DNA of 64,000 bases from Haliotis rubra (lineage: Eukaryota), in contig NW_025766103.1 of the NCBI RefSeq assembly GCF_003918875.1, positions 930,001-994,000 on the forward strand. Direction: 5' to 3'. Within the stretch, counting starts at the first letter, position 1. Every line of letters begins with the position of its first letter. The position numbers and the translations under genes were made by a program. The notes under the pieces are model-generated. The model was not told where the DNA came from and made no database searches. It saw only the letters and a program-made list of their open reading frames with translations. Positions 24,890 to 38,435 of this stretch are shown one piece after another.

Positions 24890-27800
24890 TTCATTCATTT
24901 GGTGTATCCTGGGTGATTCTCAACGCAACTAAAGCTATTGTTAATTTGTTATGACCTCACACGCACTATTTCTATACTGTTGATAAAGATAGAGTATATT
25001 TGGGAGTGATTATATTTGTATTATTGCAAATGAATATTGGAAATAACTATTCCATTCATAGCGTGTTGTGAATGTCGTGAAAACACGTCATCTGCAGGCA
25101 GGAACACACATACAAAGATATATCCATTTGAAGTCATATATACTGTGTCGTTTGCAGCAAAGCACACAAATACATGAACTACGTGTCAGGAATCGCTAAA
25201 CATGCTGGTTCAAAGCAGAAAACACGCAAACGCTCTTGATAGACTTTGACGCTTCATTATGCTTAATCCTTCCACAAAGATATAAGCAATCACTTTGTTA
25301 AAACAGTTCCTTGAGGACATCTTGGCAGTGAGTCCAGGGGTTTTGGTCGTCAGCGACACAGGTAGATAGTACCTGTCTAAACTCTGGCGGATGAGTCCAT
25401 GCATGCTTGGCTGAGATGAGGAAAATGATAAAGTGGTTCACTTGTGATATAACTTAACAGAGGATGAAGATATGGTCGAGCATTATTTTGCCCAATTTGC
25501 CACTGACAGTTTCTGCCTTCAGAACAACCCTTGCGATATGAATCTAGTTACAGGGCTTTAAACTGGTAATTATCGGACTGATATAAATCAGATTGTGCGT
25601 AAGCGTGTATGCAGGTTAGATCACTGTCTGTTTTTCAGTTGTTAAGCATTAAATAATATTGATGATGTATGGCAGTCGAATATGTTTAATCCGCACTCTG
25701 CCCCTGTGGTTTGCTTTTGACAGTGATTTAAAGAGGCATTATCACAGAAAGAAGTCAACTCGTGGAATTGTTACGAAAAAGCCGTCCTTTTGAAATTGCG
25801 ATGGATGCAGGTGTATCTATAATAGTTCATCAGACATGTCAATCCAATAAGGCACAAAGCCATTACAAGTCACATCCAGTATTTGAATAGACCTCAATAT
25901 CCAAACTGACAACAAAATCTTCAAGCTAACCTGTGTCCCTAACACGATGTGGGCATTTTATTTACATGGCATTGGCCGTTTGTAGGTGTCTTTAACCACA
26001 GTTGATGTATGCATTCCTATCCTTCACGGTGACCTACGTGCGAGTTATAGTGGTATGGATTAAAATTTGAAGCATTGGACAGGTTGAAGAAATACAAACT
26101 CAGCTACAACGGTTCACTGGTAGAAGGAATTGTACGTTGAAGAGAAATATTGTGTTGTTGAAATTATATGATGGTACAGTAGTCATGTTCTCATGGAGAG
26201 TTAATTTAGTAAATTCAGTAATCGTGTGCTTGTGTGTGAGCGCGTGTGTGCGTAATTTGTACTGTACACATCAAAAGCTTTTACTGTTATGCATTTCTGT
26301 CTATGTGAGTTTAGCATGCATCAGTCATCCCTGACATTTTTTGGTGTCTTCTTGTATGATTTGGACAAATACCTTTGTTATAATGACTGCTGCAAGTCTG
26401 GAAAGTCTCCCATGACTAATGTGTTCTGTCGGCGATATTTCCTAGCGACACAACTCAGGCTTGGGGGTGTTTATTTAACTCGTGTTGATGGGCCTTGGTG
26501 TCATATACCAAATTAACAATTCGGAACATTTGCAAAACCTGCCTGTTGGCTATGTTTGTAGTGGTCTTAAGACGTCACGCAACAGACGAGATACATAACC
26601 CTGTAAATTACGTTAAAATATGTACATCAAAGTCACAGTCAAAACAAATATGATGATGAGGAAAGTGTTAACCCATGACTTCTTTCCAATTACGTGAAAT
26701 CATGATAAAACTGTTATACTTGTAAACAGTTATATCTTTCAACATTGAATGTAAATGATCACCTATAATTTAATCAATAGCGCCGTGTGGCAAAGCAAGA
26801 CAAAGCAAGGTTACATACACTTCGAAACACATGATTAATAATGTTATTGTTCGAATCAGTGCCAAGTAATCATATTACCCAAGTCAAAGAACAGGGAGGA
26901 TTTATTCCACATGAGAATCAATGTTCCTCAATGTGTAATCCAACTCTGATATCGTCCAAGGACATTAGGTACCTGCTAGTACTAAACATTAATGATGGAC
27001 AAGAAAAACAAGATGGTATAACCTTGAGCTTTGTCATTTCCCGTACCATATCTTCATAGAGGACACCTGTCCGTTGTTATCCTTGATGCTATGTGTTATC
27101 ACTCATCGAGTGTTCACCTTAGAAGTAAATGTATGTTAGTTCCTACGAAGAATTAGGGTTTATACGTTTCTTCTTTCAGGGTAATTTTGAATGCGACTTC
27201 TGTCTTGTTAACATCATATATAAAGGCACTATATTGACGATGAACAATACAACAGCTTAACCTGTTTTTCTCCGTCTCATGATCAGTTCTGCTGGGCAAA
27301 TACAATTGTATGCCCTTAATTGCCATGCCGTCCCAGGAGTTCATGTCCATAAGGAGGCACTTAATGCTAAATCAAACTTGGATGTGTGCTATATATATTC
27401 GGCACCATCACAAACACATATAAAGGCAAGGTATAAGTTCACTTAAAACAATAACCGCACTCTCCCCCCCCCTCGTCAAACCTCACACACACACACACAC
27501 ATAAAAACAACAAAAACAAAAGAAACCCCCCAAAATAACGAAAAAGAAAACAACAGAAAACCAAAAAGTTAAACATCCACCAAAAATGTAACAGAAACGG
27601 TAACATACTCCCAGAGAATCATGTTTATCACTCGTGCATCTGACCTGGAGTGTCCTCTGTTTATCAACCTACTTACAAACCGTTGCTGAGACCTTACATG
27701 GTGCAACTCGTTTGAATAGCAAACTATATGAAATAGACACTGTAACATCGGTGTGATATTGGAGACATTATATACATCTCAACATATCATGTGCCTTGAA

Positions 27801-29035
27801 TTCCTACTACGAAAGCACTGCTGTCTCACTGTTTCATTCACCAAATATATCGTATTCGTGCGAGTCAGTGAAAACACTTGGTTACGCCTGAGGTTTGGCT
27901 GCAACATGACAGACAGAAATCATTACAACTCACTCATACTATATAGCATAACAATACATACTGAACAATAAATCATGAATGTGCGTTAAGATTAAAGTAA
28001 CTGCTGCCGATAGCTCTATCGGCTGTTAAACTCTTCACCACCTCTACCATTCACTTCGCTGTTACACTGTGAAGTCTGACCCACATGGGGTTATCGCAAA
28101 TTAAGACACAAGCACAAATTATTGCACCTTTTAATTTGCCTGCAGTCAGAGCTGCTATTTACGAGTCTCTGGCTGCCAAGTCGCTCGGCAAGATGCCTCC
28201 CTGCAGTCAACTTCCGACACCAATTTGCGCACAACATGAAGCCAATTTCTCATTTGTCTGGTTCTCCGACCCCTTAATATGGTCACTGTCACAACAGACC
28301 GTCTTTGATCAGCTGAGTGGGTAGTGGGATTTATGCAACGTGCTAAAGTACAAGTGAAGTCACACAGTTATTAGCCCATATCCTGTCTGTGGTAGTTGCA
28401 GCGATACAAGCATTCAAAGTACCTACTCCTGATGTTCTAAGAAGGTTACCTACCAGATCACCAATGTGCATATTGGTGATTAACTTCTCCCCGAAACAAT
28501 ATCTAAGGTTTCAAGAACAATACATAACGAAACAAACTTGCAGTGAGTTAGATTCTTGAGCGGATGTCTGAATGGTAGCATTTAGAAGAATAAGCAAAAT
28601 GTGTTACAATTGACCAAAGCTCTACGATGCTACGATGCGACAATGTGACTTTGGTGTTAAGATAGTTAGGGCCTGACTCACTCCGGAGATTAATCCATAC
28701 TGGCTTTCTGTTAATACGGGAATTTTTATTATTCACAATGAAATGTAACGTATTATTATAATTCATGTCTGTTTAAGTAAATATAGTATATAATAATGCA
28801 TTTGTGACAATAAAACAATACTAAAAATATATAATCATTCATAAAGTCATTGTGATTACTTTTGTATTTCGAAGCGTCAAATTGAGCATGAAAAGTGTTT
28901 ATGTTCTTCTCTCCCGTACAGGAAACTGGTATTCCCCATTGATAGTCATTGATGATACCAGTTCTCTTCCACATCCTCGACGTGAGCATTGAACACGACA
29001 CAATTAGACCATGCCCGATGCCTCTTTCATGCTGT

Positions 29036-29152
29036 GGGTTCGAATCCCCACATGGGCACAATGTGTGAAGCCAATTTCTGGTGTCCCACGCCCTGATGTT
29101 GCTGGAATATTGCTAAAAAGCGGCGTAAAACCAAACTCAGTCAGTCAGTCAG
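29036..29152 (+). mobile_element. 5'-truncated tRNA SINE (same family as 2584); duplicate at about 49215-49332
   Basis: GGTTCGAATCCCACATGGG..GCTGGAATATTGCTAAAA..(CAGT)n; degenerate TSD TTCAYGCTGT. Confidence 0.85.
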
Positions 29153-29189
29153 TCCTTCACGCTGTTTTAATGAGAGTCACATCTTGTAA

Positions 29190-29877
29190 GTGAGTAAGTG
29201 AGTGAGTTAAAATTTAACGTCACATCGGCAATATTACAGCCATATCGTGGCGAGAACGTTTGACATTGAAATGAAATATGTGTATATTATAAAAAACCTA
29301 CCGACGAAGGACAGTAAAACAACTAGAATATCACAATTAGAATTAAAACTAGCGTGGAAAGTTTAAAACTAATAGCACTATTGGGACAATACAATATAAA
29401 AACAGGCTAGAGATCGCCAACAACAGAAGGTAGATCACCATACTAGGGACCATGGGGACTTACAGTACCTTTGCTACCTGCATGGTCCCTAGGTGGATTT
29501 ACACCATCCCTTCAGCCGTTGGCGATTATAAGAAATGTTAGCCAAAATTAAAATAACAAGAATACTACGTTTAAAAATCCTGGTAAGTTTAAATTGACCT
29601 TCAAAGTTTTGGGACTTACGTACCCTCTCAGGGGGACAATAATTTTACGATACTTCAACCCCCCTTGAGGGTACAGCCACTAACAATCTCAGTTACTAAT
29701 CAAAACTACCAATCATTAAAACACATCTATCTACAGAACATATTTATCAAAATTCATTAATTAAATCAATTTCTTTTAAAAAAAGCAAGAATTAAATGAA
29801 GATGAACAGTATTAAAAAGATCCTTAACAGTTTTAACATTGAAATATTTATCCCTTAGGATGGAGAATTCAACACAG
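29190..29877 (-). mobile_element. 5'-truncated I-group LINE (ORF2 tail + 3'UTR); duplicate at 49390-50076
   Basis: Minus frame CVEFSILRDKYFNVKTVKDLFNTV matches the ORF end in 47141-47422; (CTCA)n tail; degenerate TSD TCACAWCTTGTAA. Confidence 0.88.
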
Positions 29878-30145
29878 TTCACAACTTGTAAACATTCCCT
29901 AAACAATTATCTCATTAAGTTGCTAGCACTGTTTTCGGATATTCATCTAATGACGACAGTAATTTGGTTTGCTTAATGTCTTATATGTTTGTTTAGCCAG
30001 TCAAAATACACGTAAATCTGGTTGTGTTTATTTTACCAGTAACGATGTGGCGTACTCAATCAAGGATAAAGGGAAGGAGAGAGTGGTTTTGAAGTCGTTA
30101 AGACACTATTATTGTGTCACATTTGTCCATTAAAGTCTTTCATGT

Positions 30146-32158
30146 TTTCTAATCGAAAATGATTTTCTGATTGACTCAACAGATCTACTTATGCCTCTGT
30201 TTTTAGAACATTTCAACCTTGTACTATCATCGGGTATTCTACCGGAGTCGTGGGTTACTGGCGTTGTTAAGCCAATCTATAAAGGTAAAGGGTGTAAACT
30301 GGATCCCAACTCATACAGACCTATAACAATTTTAAGTTGCCTTGGTAAACTTTTTTACAAGAGTGTTAAATAACAGACTGAATACATTTTTAGATACTAA
30401 CAATATACTTAACCCAACACAGGCAGGCTTCAGACAAGGGTTTTCAACATGTGATAACATGTTTGTTATGCAAATGATGATCCAAATACTAAAACTCTCT
30501 AAAAAGAAACTATATACGGTATTTGTAGATTTCACTAAAGCATTTGATAAAGTCTGGAGAATTGGGTTGTGGCATAAACTAACAAAAAACTGGGATAGAT
30601 GGGAGATTTTTCACACTCATAAGAAATATGTATCACAACATAAAATCTAGGGTAATGATTGGAAATACCATATCAGATGAATTCCCGTGTTACGAGGGTG
30701 TGCGACAAGGTGAAAACCTGTCGCCTCTTTTGTTCTCGATATACCTAAATGATCTTGAACAACACCTCCTTGATAGTAGTTGTACTGGTTTTAAATATGA
30801 AACGCAAACTAACAGCATCGACCTCTTATACCATTTTATTATATTGTTATATGCAGATGACGCTGTACTGTTCAGCGAAAATCCAAATGATTTACAAAAA
30901 TCCCTGAATGTCTTCTTTCATTACTGTAAGAAATGGAAACTTAAAGTAAACTTATCTAAAACGAAAGTTGTTATCTTTGGAAGCGGCCCCAAGAAATCTT
31001 CGAAACTCCACTTTACCTACGGAACTGAAACTATAAATATTGTAGATACATACGATTACCTTGGAATTAAATTCCATAGAAATGGGCGATTTGTCCAAGC
31101 AATTAAATCACTTACGGAAAGCGCCACCAAAGCAATGTATTGTCTTTTAAAGAAATCCAGGAATGTTAATTTACCTTTAGATTGCCTTTTCGATGCATTT
31201 GATGTTATGGTCGTTCCAATTCTATTGTATGGCTCAGAAATATGGGGACACGAGAACTTAGAAATAATAGAAAGAATTCACTTAAAATTTCTGAAATTAG
31301 CTTCCGGTTTGAGAAATAGCACCCCAAGTTATATGCTTTACGGTGAATTTGGAAGAGAGCCTTTGAGTATTAAAATCTTTAAGCGATTTATTTCACATTG
31401 GCATAAATTAGCCTCTGAGAACACATATTGGAAGCCATCCCAGATTATATATAACTGTGTTAACCACATCTGTGACAATACAAATAAAGTTCCATGGCTA
31501 CGTTTTGTGAAATATATCCTTGATAACTGCGGTCTATCCTACGTGTTTCTAAATCCGTCTGTATGTTCTACGCCCTGGCTTGTCTCAATGGTCGAAAACA
31601 CCTATAGAGCCCAGTTTTTCCAAAATTGGAAGTCAAATGTTGATTCTAGTTCCAAGGGGATTATTATAAATATTTCAAAACTCAACCAATCTTAGAAAAA
31701 TATCTTCTTCTTCCCAAAAATATATACTACCCAATTTTGAAGTTTAGAACATCTAACCATAAATTACCAATTGAGACAGGCCGATGGTTGGGCATTCCAC
31801 GTGAAGACAGACAATGTCCACTTTGTGAATCAAACGCTGTTGGAGACGAGTTTCACTACTTGTTTAGATGTGAAGCTTTTCTCCAATTCCGACGTCAGTC
31901 TCTGAACACTAAATACCTAGAATTTCCAAATTTGTCCATCTTTAAGAAACTCTTGTCTACTACCAGCATAAGCGACCTTAAAGGCCTTTCTAAATTACTG
32001 AACAATGTATTTAATGCATTTAAAAAATGAAATATTGTAATTATCTTATATCTTTCTATCGTGTAAGCTGCTGTCTTGTATATGATATAAATGTATATAC
32101 GTTTATCTCATGTACCGCCGTGGGCGGTTTATAGAGAATAAAGAGTTTGAGTTTGAGT
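30146..32158 (+). mobile_element. 5'-truncated RT-encoding LINE of a different family (CR1/L2- or RTE-X-like; clade not resolved)
   Basis: Absent from the homologous site at 50340-50350; AATAAA followed by (GAGTTT)n tail; no TSD. Confidence 0.92.
30191..32030 (+). pseudogene. Reverse transcriptase ORF with C-terminal CCHC finger, three frameshifts
   Basis: YRPITILS, QAGFR, FVDFTKAFDKV, GVRQGENLSPLLF, LLYADD, YLGI, CPLC..DEFHYLFRC. Confidence 0.93.
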
Positions 32159-33224
32159 TTGACTGTAAATGGAACAGTCAGTGATATAACGAATGCTTAA
32201 TCAAAAGGCGTTACTTATACTAGTTCGAAACGTAAGACCAAATATTTATTGAAATATAGGACCCGATGTTTAATTGAAAAATAACACCATGATTAGCAAA
32301 AATTATGATGCATTAGAACGAAATACCTTCACAAAAACGTGCAAAATGTTCTCTGACCTGTCAACCATTTCGAAAAGGGACGAGATAAGTCAAAAGGAGA
32401 CCATGTTTTGGACTGGCAAATCGTAGAATCCAAGTGCGTTCCTGTGTTGGTGCTGCTGATTTTTCTGAACTTGCAGATGATTGCGTTTACTCTGACAACG
32501 TCACTCAGGCGTGATGAGATTCCCCTTCTCCTGATGATGGATAGAAGCTTTATGAAGGGCTGTATATACAACAAAGTGGAAGATTTCCTCGCCGTTGTCT
32601 TGAATGCGTCATGTGAATAACTGATGATCTTTACCCGCTGGACCAAGTGATGCTGGACTGTTGGTGCGCGATTGCAGGACAGTAGTCTATCTGGCACGAT
32701 CCAGATACATCTTCCCCTTTTGTTTTGTTAGTACCGCTGGGATTAAACATTTGTCTTTGAAATGGAACATATATTTTGCAGTGGCTCATGTAGTATCATT
32801 TTCGAGGCTTGGAAGATGTTTTTGTAAGTTTGCCAGATTCACGATTGTGTGTGCGTAGCTCAAATTCATCCTGGGGTGTCGGCGCCCTAACGTGTACGAC
32901 TTGTATGACCTTGGTGTTTCCTTCTGTACTAAGTCGATACATCATCATATCATTGAAATACAATTAACCATTAGACTTAATCATTTACCAATTCAAGTTT
33001 ATCTCCATCATGTGTTATTGCAGTAATGGCCATTATTTTCGATGAGATCCAGAGAACTCATGCTAAAGCCTCCATCTAGCTCTGCATTTACACCCCCATG
33101 GATATAGGTCAAGATTGTGATCATGACAACACGTATGCTAATAGACAGTGTAATCAATAGTACCTCTGTTAGGGACAAAGTTTAGGACGCTTCAAACTTC
33201 GTGTTAAGACAAAAGTGTTCCTCG

Positions 33225-33560
33225 CAACAATTGAAACACCTGTGTTTAGGGCATCGCTCTGACAACCCGTCCACCATACAACAATTGAAACACCTGTGTT
33301 TAGGACATCGCTCTGACAACACGTGCACCATGCAACAATTGAAACATCTGTGTTTAGGACATCGCTCTGACAACACGTCCACCATGCAACAATTGAAACA
33401 CCTGTGTTTAGGGCATCCCTCTGACAACACGTCCACCATGCAACAATTGAAACAACTGTGTTTAGGGCATCCCTCTGACAACACGTCCACCATGCAACAA
33501 TTGAAACACCTGTGTTTAGGGCATCCCTCTGACAACACGTCTACCATGTAACAATTGAAC
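33225..33560. repeat. 54-bp minisatellite, six units plus a partial
   Basis: Unit CAACAATTGAAACACCTGTGTTTAGGGCATCCCTCTGACAACACGTCCACCATG. Confidence 0.97.
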
Positions 33561-34286
33561 TTGTGTTAACGATCCAGACAGCGAAAAGCAGCTAACAGAC
33601 ATATTTTGTGCGTTTTCCTTTTCACTATAAAGAATTACAGATGTGCGGCAATTTTATATAACCTGATGTATGTTTCGAATGCGTATATGGGACATAACGA
33701 TAACGATGTAAGGATCTACATCGAAACGTTGCTCTATGAAATAAATAAGAAGTTTTCATCCATAAAGGTGAATGTTTCATTTCTGTGTCACCAACTTCTA
33801 GAATGCCGATCAAACAATGCGTATGTGGGACATCCATAACATTTCTCGCTCAAGCGTTTGACCTTCCAAATGTGAACTGAAGGGTAATTCTTTTGGCCAG
33901 ACGTTTCATAGATTTCATGATGTGCATAGTGTTGTTATGACACCGGCGTCACAGTGCCAGAGGACACTTCATTCATCTTTATCAGGGAACGGCGTCAATG
34001 GCGTTATCTGTGTCTGCAACATCAGTCACAATGTCAAATCTGTCATGGTACCGATCTGAGAGGAAAGGCAATGAGTACACACGCTTATCAACAGCAGATT
34101 TTGCCATCACAACTAATGCTGAAATCATTTTTGTCTGTTTTCTCTTGGGACGAGATCGGGTCCTGTATAGGCTATATGGATATTTCAAGTCACGGAATTT
34201 GATAACGTCTTTTTAACGTCCTCAGCGATATGTTGGTGAACGTAATGTAGTGAAACTGAGGACACATGCATGAGATCAGTGTGCTA

Positions 34287-34356
34287 TGTAGCAACCCACT
34301 ATTTGATAACAACGCACTATGTAATAAAATCTTCAAAGTCCAAAACAGTTGCTACA
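34287..34356. mobile_element. 70-bp TIR-bounded insertion (units 2 and 3 only)
   Basis: TGTAGCAAC..GTTGCTACA flanked by GTGCTA on both sides; unit 1 has the empty site near 6041. Confidence 0.55.
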
Positions 34357-34490
34357 GTGCTAACTTAATAATGACAATTATATAGTGACATCAGGTTAAC
34401 TGCCCCCGGACAACTGCCCCCTGGCTATCTGCCCCTTCATTGTGCCCCACGGACAACTGACCCTTAGGCTAATTGCCCCTAGGACAAGTG

Positions 34491-34618
34491 NNNNNNNNNN
34501 NNNNNNNNNNNNNNNNNNNNNNNNNNNNNNNNNNNNNNNNNNNNNNNNNNNNNNNNNNNNNNNNNNNNNNNNNNNNNNNNNNNNNNNNNNNNNNNNNNNN
34601 NNNNNNNNNNNNNNNNNN
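34491..34618. other. Assembly gap
   Basis: Run of N. Confidence 1.
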
Positions 34619-35099
34619 AAACTCATTATATCAACAAACAGTGCCTTTAGGGACTCGTTATATTGATCTAATTACGAAAAAACACTACAGATTTGCCAAG
34701 TGAAAAGCTGAAGTTTATATCAGTGCACACAGCGTAGTACTGTACAAATTATTCTTACTAATTCCAGTAGTTCTGTTCTGTTTTTGCGATGGCTTCATTA
34801 GGTCTTTTATGTCCTTGTAGGAAGCTGGAAGATGTGGGTATATAACGAATGAACGCATCCGAGATTGAACTATAATATCGGACATATAGACTTCATGCAG
34901 TACTGAAATACATCCACGAATAGAGGTACGTGCAGTTCTGCGTGTCCTTATTTTGAAGCAGCGAGACCTTTTTTTCATTTCCATTCATCTTCCGTGGATC
35001 TAACCTCTAAGGTACCTAACCACTGATGCCACAATACTGGCAATTGGTAGGTCTGAAGTTGGTATAAATGCATTATTCTTACATGATTTGTTTTTGTAT

Positions 35100-35373
35100 A
35101 AGTACTGTAAGTCCCCATGGTCCCTAGTTTGGTGATCTACCTTCAGTTGTTGGCGATCTTTAGCCAGTTTTTATATTGTATTGTCCAAATAGTGCTATTA
35201 GTTTTAGTTTTCCACACTAGGTTTAGTTGAAATTGTGATATTCTAGTTGTTTTACTGTCCTTCGTCGACAGGTTTTAATAGGATACATCTATTCCATTTC
35301 GGTGTCACATGTGTTCTCGTCACGATATGGCTGAAATATTGCCGATGTGACGTTAAATAATAACTCACTCACT
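35100..35373 (+). mobile_element. I-group LINE 3'UTR fragment; duplicate at 53223-53496
   Basis: TSD CATGATTTGTTTTGTAT; empty site in unit 1 near 6807. Confidence 0.9.
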
Positions 35374-38300
35374 CATGATTTGTTTTGTATGTTGAAAGTA
35401 AATAATGAACAAAATACATTTATGTAACACTTACGTTGTATGCATGCATAAGACATTTTTACCTTGCAAACCGGTTACAGCTCTCGAGGCTTTCAAAGTA
35501 AAAAATTAAGGTGCATTTCATAGGTCTTGGTTAAGCAATATTACCTTGGAGAGTTGAAGATCACGTCTGCCTTTTTCCGAAAATATATAATGTGTCATGG
35601 AGGAGATTTTCAGGTTTTGGAAATCTCATCAGACATAAGCTTCCTGAAGCGTTCGGCAACATAGCCTATGACACTGTCTGCGACCAACATGACCCTTTCA
35701 GTAGCCTTTTACGGCGTTTTGTATTGCAGGTGACATATTGATAACGGAAGTGATGGGAGACGGCTTTGAAGAACATCAAGTAGAAGACCCCATCATTGGT
35801 ATTAAGTAACTGTGCAGAAATTAACACTACAAAGCACCCACTTGCTAGGTGTCTCCATTAATGCAAGCAAATTGAGGCAATTATATCATTCGTCCGTCCC
35901 CAGACAGCATAGAGTTCTTTTGTGATGTATACAAGGGAAATCGAATCTGTCAGACATTATGAGGTCCAATTTCAGGGTTGGACATACTGTCCTACTGTGT
36001 CTGCCCGTCTCCTTGTGTGCGCCCATGTGGCTTCTTAGTGTCCATGGGGCGGATAGTGAAAGGAGCTTTATATTGCCGTGCTGCAGAAAAGTTCTTGGTA
36101 TGATAGTCATTAACAAAGTAGTTGTGAGGAAATTAATATACTCATTTTCTGATGAGACTTTGTCGTCCAAGAATGCTGTGATAATTTACAGTGATTTGTG
36201 TTGCATGCTGTCTGTTTAATTGTGGTCACTTCGGATTGTCTGGCTTCACATCGTTGTACCCTACTGTTTGTATATGTCAAATTTTACATCAGCTTGACTA
36301 ATATACCTGCAATATCAAGTCGGGGGAATCACAAGCTGGCCTGCGCTGCATGATGTCTGTTTAACCGTGGTCACCTACCTACCTACCCACAGAAACACCA
36401 ACCTACATAACTACCTACCTACCTACCCAAACACCTACCTACCTACCTACCCAAACACCTACCTACCTACCTATCCACAGACACACCAACGTACCTACCT
36501 ACCTACCCAAACACCTACCTACCTACCTTTCCAAACACCTTAATCAATAAGTTGCGCTAAGTACCAATACAGCTACGAATGCCACATACAAATCTATCTC
36601 TGTGAATCTCTCTCAATGAAACAATTTTGTTTGACCTTTGGTATGATTCTTGATTTGAGACCCAGACCTATCTGTTTTTAGTGATTGACATGAGGCAACG
36701 TGTTTCATTGCCTTCTTTCAGGTCAGTAAGTAATCGTCGTGTAAATGTATTCACAGTCGTCGTCAGACTTTATGACCAAATTACATGAACTGTTTGAAGA
36801 CACATATTCTGTAAAGAATTAACGATTCATAGGTTTATCTACGTGTGAGCTGTATGTGTTCATGTTGCCCACGAAAACACATCAAACTGCCATATAGAAT
36901 ATATTTAAAGTACTTTGTGATGTACCTTTTTAACGCACACAAATAAACACTGAAATGGAGCTATCATCACTGAGAATGAAGGTGCAAGGGACTCTTGGCA
37001 CTGAGATAAATTAATGTTAAAGGCTTTTCATGCTTTAAAGTATGTACATTACATCTTGATTGATATAGCTGGAATATTGCCGAGTGCGGCGTTAAACAAT
37101 AACCAAACATATTGACTCTTCTGGAAATACGACTAATACTATTACGACTTCGCTGAAATACAGGTGATAGGCATTTGCCTGTTTCGTTTTAAATTGGTTC
37201 AATGATTAGTCGCTTCTCAACGGTTATTCTCCTGTAAACAGCTCCTTACAGATGTAAAGGAGATGAAAAATAACATAAATCGATTGCAATTTCAATGTGA
37301 GTCGGCAGAAAACTTACATTAACTTGAATTGTACCCTCTTTAAACAATTCGTACATAAGTCCCAATGCATTCCCAGCAAATTTAAACCTACTACTATTTT
37401 GTCTATCGTAGTATATGTGTTATTTTAATCTATGGCTAGACTTTATCTAAATTGCTAACTTGCTGAAGGGATGGTGTAAATCCAGTAGGGTCCGTGCAGG
37501 TAGCAAGAGTACTGTAAGTCCCCACGGTCCCTGGCAGATGATCTAACTTCAGTTGTTGGCAATACATAGCCTGTTTCATATATTGTGTTTGTCCTTTATG
37601 GTAAACGAATTTTAGTGTTATATACTATTTTCTGATTGAAATGTGTGATATACTAGTTGTTTTACTGTCCTGCTGACAGGTTTTGACATATACCTTTGTT
37701 CATTGTAAAAGCATCAAAATCGTTGTTTCACATATGAATTCTCCGTGTCTCGTAAAATCTTACTCAGTGACGTCTTTACAATATATATGCAATGTCGTTA
37801 TACTGTAATAATATATATATCTCCCTGATTCCGTTGGCGTTGGCATAATATGTACATTAACGTGAACAAAATTCTCTTTGGTGAGATAACACAAGAGAAA
37901 TGTAGAAACATTACATTATAAGCTATTCATTCATTTATGCCTTTGTTGTAGCGCAGCTGGGTTGAAATGTGAATTCTAGGTTTGTGGCTCGGTGAGGTAC
38001 AACATCTTCTGTGGCAAGCTGTATGATGTATATACGTATTGCTTTGTTAATGAAAGTTCCCGTACGTCTTTTCATAAGCTTTATACCGAAACCATTATAT
38101 GAACGTATGAGCAGGCACTCATTCAGATGAATTTGAACGTGTATCCAATTCACCTTAAGGACACAATACCTCTACCGAGGACTTACAACAGACATAATAG
38201 TATTACTTAAACCATCATCTTGGATGACCGAACGAACATGTATTTTGGTTAGGTGATAGTTTTCATCTCCTAGCACTGACGCCGAGTTATTACATTGTAG

Positions 38301-38435
38301 TTGTGTTTCCTATAAATACATTGGTTCACTCATACTGAAAACCCATTATGAATTATCGACAACTGGACAAGGGACATCACAAGACACGACACATTGGTGC
38401 TGTTATGTGTGCTGTGCTTTTGTTCTGCGTTGACT

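Larger units (their letters stand above)
5324..33586 (+). repeat. Segmental duplication unit 1 (about 15.7 kb core plus about 12.5 kb not present in unit 2)
   Basis: Colinear homology from AGCAGCTAACAGACATATTTTGTGC; matching ORF-track entries, e.g. 22520/44940/62647, 20060/41854/60148, 28548/48727. Confidence 0.93.

Noticed and set aside
25300-25825. TIR-domain relic on plus strand (DEENDKVVHL.Y..EDEDMVEH)
   Set aside because: Stop density is near random expectation and the resemblance is impressionistic; needs a profile search.
28100-28260. Death-domain relic on minus strand (RHLAERLG)
   Set aside because: Single short motif that requires a frameshift; unsupported.
33225-33560. CRISPR array (repeat with internal palindrome)
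   Set aside because: Whole 54-bp units repeat with no unique spacers, no cas genes, eukaryotic context.
34396-34703. ORFs spanning X residues
   Set aside because: Artefacts of the N gap.
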